Source: the human T2T-CHM13v2.0 reference genome, Homo sapiens. From it: 64,000 nt of DNA. The notes under the pieces are model-generated. The model saw nothing but the letters and a program-made list of their open reading frames with translations, did not search any database and was not told the origin of the DNA. A program made the translations under genes and the position numbers. Below are positions 13,632-29,210 of this stretch, one piece after another (the first letter of the stretch is position 1; every line of letters begins with the position of its first letter). The stretch is taken from the NCBI RefSeq assembly GCF_009914755.1, contig NC_060944.1; one strand, written 5' to 3'.

Positions 13632-13827
13632 CAGTGGTTCTCAATCCAGAGTAATTTTGCCCTGCAGGGGACATCTGGCAATGTCTGGAGATGTCTTTGG
13701 CCATCACAACTCGGGGAGAGCTATTAACATCTAGTAAATAGAGGCCAGGTGTGCTGCTGAACATCCTTCAATGCACAGGACAGATCCCACACCAAGATTT
13801 CAGGAGGGCTGAGATTGAGAAATCTTC
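13632..13827 (+). mobile_element. MER20 (hAT-Charlie) with perfect 8-bp TSD atttaaag
   Basis: cagtggttctcaa...ggggacatctggcaatgtctggaga...gagaaatc; atttaaag at 13624-13631 and 13828-13835. Confidence 0.92.
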
Positions 13828-14009
13828 ATTTAAAGACACTTCCCTCCTCCCAAGGATGGCATCCCAGATGTGCCATGTTAATCCTAAGGACAAGATCAGG
13901 TCCTCCAAGGGATACACTCGGAACATGCATATAGCAGAGACAGCAAAGCCCACACAGAAGCACGTCTATGGGACTTACTCCAGCTTGGTCATTATAAAAA
14001 GAATTTTCT

Positions 14010-14684
<675 letters not shown>

Positions 14685-14947
14685 TTAACATCAGACTTCT
14701 TATCATTAACAGTAAAAACTGGAGGAAAAAGTGATGTTTACAGCATCCAGAGAGAAATGAATGCAGAGCCTAAAATGCCACATCCAGACCACCTCAGGGG
14801 TCCCACCACCCTGCCACAGCCCCCGCCACTTACAGGTCCTAATTCATTCATCACAACTCTGCTGTTTAATAAGGATATGAAACTCTACCGCAGGGATCAC
14901 TACAACACTGCAAAGTCTGATAGCCCTTAATATATAAAATCTGTGCA

Positions 14948-15283
<336 letters not shown>

Positions 15284-15339
15284 AAAATCTGTGCAAGTGG
15301 GTAATTTTTCAGATATGTTGCCATGCCTTGGTTCATGAG

Positions 15340-15560
15340 TTTTTCATGTCTGCTGGCAACCACAGAGCCTCTTTTGTGGCTTATCCCCTTATGTCCTTCG
15401 CCTATTTTCTATAATGTTTACAGAGCTTCATTTTAAGGATATTAATCCTTTACATCTTTGTTGTATTTGATGCAAACATTTTATCCCCGCTTTTTGTTTA
15501 TGAATTTGGGGGATGACCTTTTGAGCTGCCAGAGTTGTCATCATGTTTGTGTAGCCAAAT
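15340..15560 (-). mobile_element. Old L1 fragment
   Basis: atgtccttcgcctattttct...aaggatattaatcctt is antisense L1 ORF2 3' region. Confidence 0.55.
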
Positions 15561-15889
15561 CCATCAGCCTTCTACATTGTGAGTTAGCCACTGCCACCCA
15601 TCATCTTCCCAAAATCTGCAAAAAACCCAGAGTGAAAATAAACATACCTAAAAATAAAATCTGCCTGAAGGAGCCACAGTGGACCTCTGCCTTGAGACCA
15701 CCAGAAGTTTATTTTTTCAGAAAATAAAACGGGCAAATAGGATAGTGAAATACTGGTAGATTTTTACATGGCCACATGCCATATAGTCACATTCCAAGGG
15801 ACCAATAAGCTCTTTGTCCCACATCTAGCATGTCAGCAGAGCTTTCAAATCACCCTTATCTATATCAACTTTAGGGAAAATGATGGGAC

Positions 15890-16018
15890 TTTTTTTCTTA
15901 AAGAGAGGGGGTCTCATTATGTTGCCCAGGCTGGTCTCAAAATCCTGGCCTCAAGCGATCATCCTGCCTCAGCCTCCCACGTAGCTGGGACTACAGGTGC
16001 AAGTCACCATGCCTGGCT
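15890..16018 (-). mobile_element. FLAM monomer with TSD ggaaa(a/c)tgatgggacttttt
   Basis: Monomer flanked by a long direct repeat. Confidence 0.92.
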
Positions 16019-16894
16019 AAGGAAACTGATGGGACTTTTTAAAGCAGAATAAATTTACTCTCCTAGGTTAAGTTCATCTTGGTGTTCCAGACATGAACAT
16101 CCACTGCAGCAGCAAACCCCTCCCCACCGTCCCCAGCGCTAGGAACACACAGTTCCATCCCGACAAGAATACCTTCCAGCAAGTAACTGTGCTCCATTTC
16201 TCCACCACGCATTTAATTTAACCTCATAAGCTACAGTGGGGGAACCACTAATGCACTTCACCCACCTCTTCCAGAGTAGTGCCTGGAGTATCCTGAAGCC
16301 TTAGACCTGAAAGAGCACAGGAGAGGATGAGACTCATACAGCGCAGAGCAGTGATGTTCTGAGAAAGGCGTCAGGGAAGAGGACTGCAGGGCTCAGGAAG
16401 AGGGGAGCACCTTTCATCAGGGACAGTACATGGAGGAAGAACGAAGAAGGGGTGAGCAAAGAAATGTGTCCTTGGACACGCCATAAAAAGCCCAAAAGGA
16501 CAGAGCATTCCACACCCCGGTGCACAAGGATGATGCAGACACTCTCAAGGTCAGAAAGTATGCGACAACCCGAGATCAGAGGGTTTATCCACACAGGATG
16601 AGCGTGGTGTGTATAAATGCCAAGGTCCAGCGGCAAAATGCAACAGATAAAAGGGGAGAGGTGAGGGAAGAGTGGAGTTTAACTTCTGTATTAAAACAAG
16701 AAGCAAAATCTCCCCGGGAATTTGACACTGGGGAAAGTGTGTGTGCCAACCCGTGGTCCCTCATTGCCCCTTTTCCTACCCTTTGCAAAAGAGAGAAAGA
16801 GAATGAGCAAATCCACTCGCTGTCTTGGCCTTAATACATGACAGTGGGGAAGGAGGAGCAGAGGGATAGAAGATCATGATGGCGACAATGGCAG

Positions 16895-17120
16895 TAATAA
16901 CTGCAATTTTCCAGTTGCTAAGTGTCGGTGTGTGCCAGGCACTTCTCTGACCTCTTATTAAATAAATGACAGTTATTTCTGGCCAGTAAGCATAATATTA
17001 CTTGGTTTGCACACAAACTCTACAAAAGTAGAAACTGAGCTTCAGAGAAGTCAAATAACTTGCCAAAGTATACACAGCTATAGGCAGTAGAACAGGATTC
17101 AAACTTGAATCAGTAATCTG
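16895..17120 (-). mobile_element. MIR
   Basis: gtgccaggcact...gaaactgagcttcagagaagtcaaataacttgcc...ggattcaaac, MIR core antisense. Confidence 0.8.
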
Positions 17121-17461
17121 AACCTGCCATTACACTGTTTATACAAGACATAAAACTGCCCTTTAAATGCTCAGCTTACAGCTGTTTTCCCTGGACAAAC
17201 ACAGCCCAGGCCAGCTGGCCTATACACACTGCCTCTGTGAGACTTGCTGGTGATTTTGCCCTCCTTGTGATTTTTGAGGGGGCACTGAGGGGCAGGAATC
17301 ACCTTCAAGCTCCTTTTCCAGGGCTGATACCCACCCTCCTTGGACTAGGAACTCTCTAACATATGCACTTCTATTCACCTGCATGGCTGCTCCCTAGCAC
17401 ACATCACCATGGTCTCTCATCAACATCACAACAGCCACTTAACTCATGTTCTCATTCCATC

Positions 17462-17745
17462 TTTTTTTTTTTTTTTTTTGAGATAGGATCTCACTCTGTT
17501 GCCCAAGCTGGAGTGCAGTGGCGCGATCACAGTTCACTGCAGCCTTGACTTCCCAGGCTCAGGTGATCCTCCCACCTCAGCCTCCTGAGTAGCTAGGACT
17601 ACAGGCATGTGCCACACCTGGCTAGTTTTTGTAGAGATGAGGTTTCACAATGTTGCCCAGGGTGGTCTTGAGCTCCTGAGCTCAAGCAATCTCCTGCCTC
17701 AGCCTCCCAAAGTGCAGGGATTACAGGCATGAGCCACTGCACCTG
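17462..17745 (-). mobile_element. Alu (AluJ-like)
   Basis: Reverse dimer. Confidence 0.94.
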
Positions 17746-17748
17746 TAA

Positions 17749-18056
<308 letters not shown>

Positions 18057-18390
18057 CTCATTCCATCTTGATGGCTCTAAACACTTGTCCAAATGGTAAG
18101 TAGCATGATGCTTCAACAGAAAATTACCATGCTCTTTGATGGCTTCCTAATTTAGAGTGACACCCAAATTCCTTCACAAGAGGTGACTATGGGGCCTATC
18201 CAGGCCCCCTTTCCCAGTCCCTCATGGCCCCTACTGTGGTTACTCACAGGCCTCTCCTATCTCTCAGGACCCTGCTCATGCCATCCCTCCAAAATAAGCC
18301 CCCTTCATCTCACCCCTTCTCACTGGGGTGACTCCCATCAATACTTCCTCTGATCACCACCTCATCATGATGTCAGAGGACCATGTGGAG

Positions 18391-18520
18391 GGCTGAGTGT
18401 GATGGCTCACATCTGTAATCCCAACACTTTGGGAGACCCAGGCAGAAGGACTGCTTGAGGCCAGGACTTTGAGAACAACCTGGGCAAGATAGCAAGACCC
18501 CATCTGTACAAAAAAAAATT
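18391..18520 (+). mobile_element. FLAM monomer
   Basis: Left-arm monomer with A tail. Confidence 0.88.
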
Positions 18521-18559
18521 AAGGTAAAATTTTAAAAGATGATTGTAACAAAGCAAGAT

Positions 18560-18700
18560 CATGTCTATCTGTCTGCCTAGCCAGAGAGCTGTGGGAAACA
18601 GAAAGAAACAGTATCACAGCCTCACCATCTTACCTCCACCCCTGGTGCTGAACTTGGCACATATATTAAAGGTTCTCCAACGTTTGTGGACTGATAAATG
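18560..18700 (+). mobile_element. L2 3' end fragment
   Basis: ttggcacatatattaaaggttctccaacgtttgtggactgataaatga. Confidence 0.55.
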
Positions 18701-19006
18701 ATTTTTTTAAGGCATGTGGTATAATGTAAGAGTGGTTTTGTTTAATAATCTTACTACATCAAACCTATCTGTGACACAACAGATGTCAGGAACAAGTCGG
18801 GGGTGTCAACGTCACCACCATCAATGTACACCGACCAAGAAAGATGAGGGAAGTATTAGAAAAGTCCAAATTATAACTACATCAAAAGATATGAAAAATC
18901 TCAGAGAACCTACAATTACATAGCGAGTTACAAAACACATGAGCAAGCCTCTTTCGATGTGATTGAATCAAACATTTCCCAAATGCCAGCGACAAGCATC
19001 TGTATC

Positions 19007-19169
19007 AGCAGCTAGCTAGCCACCATCTGGCCTGTTTCTGTTAAGGTCCCTGCTAAAAATGGTTTTTACATGTTTAAAGGATTGTGAACAACAGCAAAGA
19101 AGAACATGTGACTGAGATCACCTGGCCCCTAAAGCCAAAGACATTTATAGAAAGGTTTGCCCATGCCTG
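19007..19169 (+). mobile_element. MER58-family (MER58C-like) hAT fossil
   Basis: gctaaaaatggtttttacatgtttaaagg...agaaaggtttgcccatgcctg. Confidence 0.75.
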
Positions 19170-19179
19170 ACAATAATAG

Positions 19180-20000
19180 GATAAAGGAATCCTGCTCACC
19201 ATGGCAAGAATAACGTTAAATACTTAAGGATAAATTAAATAAAAATATGTGTGACCTTTATGAAGAAAACGATAAAATATTACTGAGGGACATAAAAAGG
19301 ATTTGAAAAACCAAAGAAACAGAGGATACTCTTCGATAGGAAAGGTACTGTAAGAATATTCATTTTCCAATTAACATAATCTACACAGATTTAATAAAAA
19401 TCCATTAATACCCCCCCAACAGGTCAGAGGAGCTTGCTAAAAAATCCTCTAGAAGAATAAGCAAGGGCCAGGCATGGTGGCTCATGCCTCTAATCCCAAC
19501 AGTTTTGGGAGGTGGAAGCAGGTGGATCACCTGAGCTCTGGAGTTTGAGACCAGCCTGGGTAACATGGCAAAACCCTATCTCTACCAAAAATACAAAAAA
19601 TTAGCTGGGTGTGGTGGCATGCACCTGTGGTCTCAGCAACTCGGGAGGCTGAGATGGATCACTTGAGCCTGGGAGGTAGAGTTTGCAGTGAGCCAAGATC
19701 ATGCCGCTTCACTACAGCCTGGGTGGCAGAGTGAGACCCCATCTCAAAATAACAACAATAATAATAAGCAAGGATAGCCACAAATATTTGAGAAATAGGA
19801 GGAGTGTGGTCAGTGAGATAAGAACCCTAATGTAAAGTTGTAATAAACAGAAGTTCAACAAGTATGAAAACAAAGTAACTATTAGTCATTAAAAAAAAAA
19901 CCCAAAAACTGATGTACATATGATATGGCAGCACTTCAAATCATAAAACCAACTATACATGCCAAGACAATTGGTTACCACCAAGTAACAAAATCCAGAA
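19180..20000 (+). mobile_element. Old L1 ORF2 remnant interrupted by Alu
   Basis: aaatacttaaggataaatt...gacctttatgaagaaaacgataaaatattactgag. Confidence 0.6.
19466..19765 (+). mobile_element. Alu with TSD aataagcaag
   Basis: Full dimer. Confidence 0.95.
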
Positions 20001-20302
20001 AAAGTAAGACCTAACGTCTACATTTTAACATTGTTAAGAAAGCACAGAAATATTTATTGACATGGAAAGATGTTTACCCTGTTATATATGTGTTATTTTT
20101 TAACTTGCCTTTTTACATAACACAGGGTGAACATCTTTCCATAAAGTGAAACAAGCCAGTCACAGAAGGACAAATACTGCATGATTCCACTTACGTGAGG
20201 CGTCTAAAATAGTCAAATGCAGAAGCAGAGTAGGATGGTGGATTCCAGGGACTTGGGGGGGCGGTCAATGGAGAACTGACTTCAACAGGTTAAAGGTTTT
20301 AG

Positions 20303-20599
20303 GTTGCCAGGTACGGTGGCTCACGCCTGTAATCCCAGCACTTCGGGAGGCCAAGGCAGGAGGACTGCCTGAGGTCGGGAGTTCAAGACCAGCCTGGCCA
20401 ACATGGTGAAAACCCGTCTCTACCAAAAATACAAAAGTTAGCTCAGCGTGGTGGTGCACGCCTATAAGCCCAACTACTTAGGAGGCTGAGGCACAAGAAT
20501 CACTTGAACCCAGGAGGCGGAGGTTGCAGTAAGCCGAGATTGCACCACTACACTCCAGCCTGGGCGACAGAGCAAGACTCTGTCTCAAAAAAAAAAAAA
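20303..20599 (+). mobile_element. Alu (AluSx-like)
   Basis: Full dimer. Confidence 0.95.
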
Positions 20600-20672
20600 G
20601 TTTCAGTTACACAACATGAGCAAATTCTAGAGATCTGCTGGACCACACTGTGCCTATAATTAACAATACGTC

Positions 20673-20825
20673 GGTCAGGCATGGTGGCTCATGCACGCCT
20701 ATAATCTTAGTACTCTGGGAGGCTAAGAGTGGGACGATTGCTTGAGGCCAAGAGTTCAAGATCAGCCTGGGCAACATAGTAAGATTCCATCTCTACAAAA
20801 AATGAAATTTTTTTAAATTAGCCAG
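20673..20825 (+). mobile_element. Alu left monomer / FLAM
   Basis: Left arm only. Confidence 0.85.
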
Positions 20826-20865
20826 AAAACAAAACAATACCATATTGTACACTCAAAAAGTTGTC

Positions 20866-21248
<383 letters not shown>

Positions 21249-22372
21249 TTATTTCATAAGTGAAAAGAATTAAAAGCAATATATATAATGAAAAAGATAG
21301 TATGTACAGCATTAACCCACTGTGTATGTGTAAAGTATGTGGCCATGTATACACACACCAAAATGTTAACCAAAATGTTGAGTGATAGAAACACAAATGA
21401 CTTATTTTCCTGTTTTTACTCCTCTATATTTTCTAAACTAACTTAACTACAAAAGATGGGCCCAATTTCACCCCTAAGAGCCTCATGGTGTCCACATTAG
21501 CACCAGTTCTTCCTTACTCCTCAGACTCAAGTCCAGGGGAAAGGCTGGTTCCCCTTACAGCATCTACCCCCTTTACAATGTAATGCAAGCAAATCAATTC
21601 AGTCCTTTCTGCTGTGAGCTCAGGATACAGCAGTGCGGAATAATGTCCTCATGTTTAAAGTTCTAAAATAACTTTGGGTTTCAGAAGAGAGTGGAGAAAA
21701 GCCAAGGTGCTACAAATTATACTTGGTATCTAGATTTCTTAAAGCTCCCTGCAGCCAAAGTTAAAAATCACTACCTTAAAGGAAGCAGGAAATCGCTACA
21801 GTCTCAAAAAAAAAAAAAAAAAAAAAGTCGCCTGGAAATAAATGTAAACCTGACAGATAAAAAAAATCAGCCATCTGGAAAATTCTGTTATGAGGAAGTA
21901 GAAAAGTAAAATAAAATATTTAGACGTGTAACAAATCTTCCAATTCCCTAAGGACTGAATCACTAGCTCTCCACCCACCAACAATCACGCACAAATGCAG
22001 AAGCTTTTAATCAGTACTTGTTTCATCAGCTATTCAGCCTGTAATGATTTCTTTTGAACTTCATTTTATCCGACCATCTCTCCCTGTCCAGGAAACAGTC
22101 ACCCCTCTCACTGTGGCTTAGCAGGGCCACCTGAAGGAGAAATGTGATGGCACTGTCCAGAAGTTTTCAGAGCTGAGCTATTCGTGGAGTTAAATACCAA
22201 AACCTTCTGTGTTTCTCGAAAGAACCACCAAATCCTAAGAAAAACCTGTCCTTTCATGATCAGCACCTAGCAGAGTGAGCAGGTAACACAGAAACCCTCC
22301 AATGGCTGAATGAATTAATCACTAATAGTCTGCCCAAAGAGTAGAATCCCCCTATGTAAAATTCATCTTTAA

Positions 22373-22492
22373 GGCTGGGCACAGTGACTCCCAACGCTTT
22401 GGGAGGCCTAGTTGGGAAGATTGCTTGAGGCCAAGAGTTCGAGATCAGCCTGAGCAACATAGCGAGACTCTGACTCTACAAAAAATAAAACA
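22373..22492 (+). mobile_element. FLAM with TSD taaaattcatcttta
   Basis: 15-bp direct repeat on both sides. Confidence 0.9.
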
Positions 22493-22795
22493 TAAAATTC
22501 ATCTTTATATTCCCAGCTCCTAGTACAGAATAGACAGATGCTCTTTACAAGGAAGTACACAGGGCGGGGGGTGGGGCGGTGTGGAGAAGATAGATGTTCC
22601 ATAAATGCTAATGAAATTTACATTTACTCCAAGTAGACGGCACTGAATAAATACTATATCAGAAATATAAATCCATGGCAAATCCATCATTTGCTCTAGA
22701 CAAAAACCCACACTTCTCCAAAAGGATACGAGAGAGAGGAAGAGCCAGAATAAGAATCAGTGGCTCATGTGCTTAAGACTCACATGGGAAGCTTA

Positions 22796-23120
<325 letters not shown>

Positions 23121-23134
23121 GACAGATTTCTTTC

Positions 23135-23580
23135 ACACAAATACATGTAAGACAAAAATTTGACACTGTTTTATTTATAACAGCCCCAAACTAGAAACAT
23201 CCAAAGAGCCATCAAGAGGTGGACGGGTAAGCAAATCATGGTGGGTCCATCAAAAGGCATGCTAGTTAGCAACAAACCAGAGAGCGTCTGCTGACGTGCC
23301 CGACAGCACAAGGGAGCTGCACAGACATTTCGTTAAAGCAGCCAGACACGAGACATGCAGTCTGATTCTCAAAAGACAAACCATTCTACGGGAAGCGGAG
23401 AGTGGTTACCTAGGGCAAGAATGGAGGAAAGGGCTCCCCAGGGAAAGGATGGAACCTTTGGAATGATAGAAATCTACTGTTTTGACTGTGATTCTGGTGG
23501 CTCCATTTGGATGTATATCCACTTGCTCTATGTAAACACTATCGCAATAAAATTGACTTTAGAAGACTAAAAGAATTAAA
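23135..23580 (+). mobile_element. Old L1 (L1MC/ME) 3' fragment
   Basis: ttatttataacagccccaaactagaaacatccaaa...gcaataaaatt. Confidence 0.7.
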
Positions 23581-23630
23581 AAACCCTGTAATCCCACCAA
23601 TTTTAAAAATGTCCCCTCCTCATATTCTAA

Positions 23631-23965
<335 letters not shown>

Positions 23966-24723
23966 AGGAACCTGTATTTTTAACAAATGCACAAATATTC
24001 TCATGCTAGAGGTCCTCAGATCACCCACACCTTGGGATAGGCAATCTTGGCTGGGAAAAAGCTATTGTCTGCACTTCTTTAAACCAATCCAGACAGGGGA
24101 AGAATATGACTAAGAAGGAGTGCCCTCTGGGATAAGGACACTCAAAACCTCAGCCTGCCAAGTGCTACTTTGGTTCTCACTAAGACACAAGAGCTTTCAG
24201 GGCCGGCTAGGTTCAATGATGAAGCACATTTCAAAAGCCAATCCATGGCTCTTTGCTTAAATCCCATTAAGGGGATTATAATCAAACTGTGGCTGCTCCA
24301 TTAAGTTCTGTTAAATGCTAACATTTGACCTAAATGCTTTTAATTCAAGTCAGAAAAGACTGTTGGAACATATGCCCTCAACTTGTAGGTGTGGTGAGGG
24401 CTAGTTTTGAATGAAACGCTCTGAATTCTCAAAAAAAAAAAAAAAAAATCTTCAACTTGTATATGATCAACTTCCTTTGAATGAAATGACTTAACTGGTT
24501 ACCTAATACACAGAGTCCGACTTCAGGGAGTTTGCAATTCTGATGCTGATCCTAGCTATAATTATTCCATTTAAAGCTCCAAGCAGCAACGAATGAACTT
24601 GTAAGCAGTGGTGATTATTTGATCTTGTGATGACAAGTATGCTCACAGCATGTGACTGAATTTAAAAAAAAAATAACAATCATCCTGCAGTCTTCTCCAA
24701 AACACTGCAGGAACTCTTGATCT

Positions 24724-25012
24724 TGTTTGTTTGTTTGTTTGTTTGTTTGTCTTTTTTGAGACACAGTCTGGCTCTGGCACCCAGGTTGGAGTACAGTCAA
24801 GCAATCGCAGCTCACTGCAACCTCCCACCTCAGCCTCCTGAGTAGCTGTGACCACAGGCATGCGCCACTATGCCCAGCAAATGTTTGTATTTTTTGTAGA
24901 GACAGGGTCTACTTGTTGCCCAGGCTGGTCTCGAACTCCTGAGCTCAAGCAATCCTCCCGCCTCAGCCTCTCAAAGTGCTGGGATCACAGGCATGAGCCA
25001 CCATGCCTAGCC
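24724..25012 (-). mobile_element. Alu (AluJ-like, internal deletion) with (TTTG)n tail
   Basis: Reverse dimer. Confidence 0.93.
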
Positions 25013-26952
25013 AGCGCTCATTTTTCAAACCGCAAGTCAGTACCTACTAGTAGGTCATGAAATTAAATTAGTGGATCTTGACCAGAATTTTTAAAACAAT
25101 GGCATTTGACAGAACAAAAAACTTCAGAGCATATCTCAAAAGACAGGGGTAACCGAGAGTGTCAAGGTAAAATGCTTCATGCTGTGGGTCAGGGGAAAAG
25201 AGTCTGCAAGTCACTGATGGAAAAACTCTGCACACTGACATGAAAGGCATGTTCCAAGTGCCCGACTTAAATCAGATTATTTACTGACCTTAAACTAACA
25301 TGCCCATAGAAATACTGTGCCAAAGTGAGAAAGCGGTATAAGATGATGGCACTGATGACAAAATATCATCATATTCCCCTGCCACAATGATGGAGGGGGT
25401 ACCCAGAATTGCAGCACCAGGGTGGCCTTATAATTAATTACAATAATCTACCAGAGCCCTAAACCAAACTACCCCCAATGACTGCAATGGAAGGAATCTC
25501 CTTTGCACCCTAATGTGCCATCTCAGCCTTCTGTCACTGTCTCAGTTTGTGGACTTAATTCTTTTAAGAGTTGGAAATGTTTTAAAGGAAGCCAGATAAA
25601 ACCTGGATTTCTGAGAGGGAACATAGGTACCACTGCCAAGTTCCATCTCAGAAACCAGTTTCCATCTGTAGCGAGCCCCAGGAGTAATGATCCCTTAGAG
25701 GCCACTCCCAGGGCCCCAAGAGGGGTCCTGACAGTAGCAACCCTGCTCTGACTGTAGAAAAAAAGGGTCCCTGGGCAAACACTGTACTAGTTAGAAATAA
25801 TCTAAAAATGGGTTCTCAGGTCCTCACCAGTGGGCCAGAGAGGATGCGATGCCACTGGATAAACGTGGGAAATTTTCCTGAAACATCCATGGGGTGAGTT
25901 GGGTGGGGAGGATCATTCCTAACTGACAGCAAATAGTTTATGGCACATAAAGTAAAATGCACAACTGACAGAATGAAACAAGATGTTGAAGAATGGGCTC
26001 TGCCTACAGAAGATCCCTTCAGTCCAGCCCAAAGACTTAGTCCCAGAAGCTCTGGTACAGACAAGCTCTAGTCCCAAATGCAACACTAAATCCTAAAAAA
26101 GCTCCTGAGTCCAGCCTGAGACACGTCATTTTGCTGCCATCGAATTATGCATGAGCCATGAAAGGTGATGGTCATGGTATCTAGGTGACAAGACGATAAC
26201 TCATTTGCCTGCTTGTTCAGAAGAGCGATGGAGTCTGAGAAAGTAAAATGTCAGAGTGGTGTATGCTTTGTTTGTTTGGGGGTTTAAGATACAAAGTCAT
26301 CCGCAGTCTTTCTTTTTCTAACCTAATGCTATAGCAAACAGATGCTACAGCGCCTACTGTACCTGGTATCTTTCAGCAGAAGTTTTCTTTCCAAAACTTT
26401 ATTTAAATAAAATTATAACAAGACCATCTTAAGCCTCGTCATCCTGGCCATTTCTCCTCAGTGCCAGGTGCTGCCCACACTGCCCACGCTGACCTCCAGA
26501 GTTCCCAGGTCTGGGCTCAAGAGACCTCCTCCTCCAGGGAGCACTCCTGGGTCAGCTGTCCGTCTTCTGTGTTTCCATGGTTCCCAGCTTCCTGTCCGCT
26601 CCCCACCAGAATGAGATGGCAGCAGGGACACAGTGTCCAATGCATAAAAGGCATTCAAATACTTGGGGAAATCCCTGACTCGTTCAGGGAAATCTTGTGG
26701 CTGGGACGTGAAAGGGGAAAGGGAGGGGCAGTATAGCAAAAAGTGCAGCCTGCATGACAAAATTAAAATCTGAATGTACATTTTAGCAAACTAAAGCAGA
26801 ACAAAGATGAGTTTTATTGCATTTATTTCTACTACGTGATTTAACACATCACTTTTTGCACACATGGTGCTTTTTATTTCAACACTATTTAAAATGTATT
26901 AATCATCAGTCATCACAGGAGCCACTGAAAAGCTAATTTTATATGGAATTTT

Positions 26953-27095
26953 AACAACAAGATAAAAACATGTGCATAATGAACTATCAAGTCCCAGGCA
27001 CAAACATGGTTTCACTTAGCCCTTATAAAAATTCTGGGAGGGGTTGTTATTCTCTCCATTTCACAGATGAGAAACTGGAGCACAGAGAGGTTGAT
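26953..27095 (-). mobile_element. MIR fragment
   Basis: ctccatttcacagatgagaaactggagcacagagaggtt. Confidence 0.8.
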
Positions 27096-28389
27096 TTATC
27101 TCTGCAAAAAAGCTCAGGGCCAATGTTGTGGGTCCAACAATCATTCTGGAAGACAAACGTTGTTCGTGTTACCTTCCAAGCTAAGAGAACGAGACTCTGA
27201 AGAAAAGGCCAAAAGACCAGAATAGGCCTGAGAAGGTCATATCTAAAAGTCATTCTGAAGGAAGCTGAGGAAAATTTGTGAGTTACTTTCAGGGAATAGA
27301 AAGAATGCTTTCTTCTCTTCCAGGTCTCCAGATGCCTTTTGTCATTTGATGCTCCCCCTGGCTCACCCAATACAAAAATCTTGGGAGCCTGGATAACTTC
27401 CAGGAGATGGCTGTGCCCTGCTGATTCAGTCCCACTGTGTCTGGGATGCCTGCTCCATCCTCTTTCCAGCACAGTCCCTGAAGAGGAAGCCTCAGTAGGG
27501 CACTTGGTCACCTCCAGCTACTGTTGCCAGAGCTGCCCCTGCTGGGAGAAGGCAGGCTCAGGTGCTGGGAGAAGCATCTCAAGTAACTCAACGGACTCAC
27601 CAGCCCTCTCTGTGATCTGCTCTTCAGACCATGTCATTCTCCAAGGACCAAAGCCAAATTTCCTTCTTTCACCTGCAGAGAAAGATCCAGCTCCACTTTG
27701 CCTCTATTTCCTAACTACCCAATTACGCCTGCTTGGTTTTGCTGGACTTTGGCCCATTTATTCAGTCCTCTCAACACCAACCACTTTCCCGGTCTCATCT
27801 GGAAGACATTCCATTTGCAAATCTCTTGTGCAGTACTGTTTCTCCCCACCACACCATACCCCCTGCTCCCCACTAGTCCAGTATACCAAGAGTTCCTCTT
27901 CCCTGCAGACTCTCCCAAGATAAGGAAAAGGGAGCTCTGAGGGATTCACCTGCTCTAATAGATTACCTAAGGGCTGAAGAGTGGGTTTGCCTAAACTGCA
28001 CTGCAATTATCTGGGGCTGGGACACTAATTCTTCCCCAGGTTAACACCACATACGTGGTGATCAAAATTATTGCAAAGCTTTTCCCTGATCTTCAATAAA
28101 TGGGAGGCTTTAAATATTCCATGCCTGTATGTTATACACTCTTTTTCCTGCACAGGAGTGTGTTCTTCCTAAGCAATTCATTAAAAATTATATTCATTAA
28201 ATACAGAGACTGCAATCACTTAGAATTGTATGCTACAGATGTCTTGCTTTTTTCTGGTATCTGAACCTGACATTTTTTAATAACCCAAAGACCTTAAAAG
28301 AATTAAAAATATATCTGCACTCAGCTATAAGACACTCTAGCTCTCCATGAAGTTTGTTTCACTTATATTCCTTTTTGGTTGTTTACTTA

Positions 28390-28826
<437 letters not shown>

Positions 28827-29059
28827 TTATTTACTCTGGAAAGTAAATAAGCACCTGAAAAACACAGAAATTTTACTCGCTGCAGATGAAGTTTTTATTG
28901 CTATTCTCTCTCACATACCTAAGGGCGGTGCCTTCTAAGAAGTGCATAAATGTTAATGTTCAGTTTTTGATATTTAAATTATGTCTGACAGCACTAAGAA
29001 ACCCTTTGGAGATTTTCTAGTAATGCAGCTGTGCAAAACTGAGAACTTCTCACCCACCT

Positions 29060-29210
29060 ACACAGGCACAGTCACACACACACAGGCGCGCACACACACA
29101 GAAACAGACATATATGTAGAAAATCAGAAACATCACCAGAGATACAAACACTCAGATACTCACATGGAAACAGATACACGCAGACCCAAATGCACACAGA
29201 CACAAACAGA
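29060..29210. repeat. Degenerate CA-rich tract (UG-rich on pre-mRNA)
   Basis: cacacacacacaggcgcgcacacacaca...cacacagacacaaacaga. Confidence 0.75.

Noticed and set aside
22562-22579. Two GC boxes (GGGCGG) as an internal promoter
   Set aside because: Isolated G-rich 18-mer with no CpG island or other promoter context.
27339-27923. Longest ORF in the window (194 aa, plus strand) and overlapping 154-aa minus ORF
   Set aside because: Non-ATG start, Ser/Pro/Leu/Cys-rich composition, no recognisable domain, no supporting exon structure; compatible with chance.
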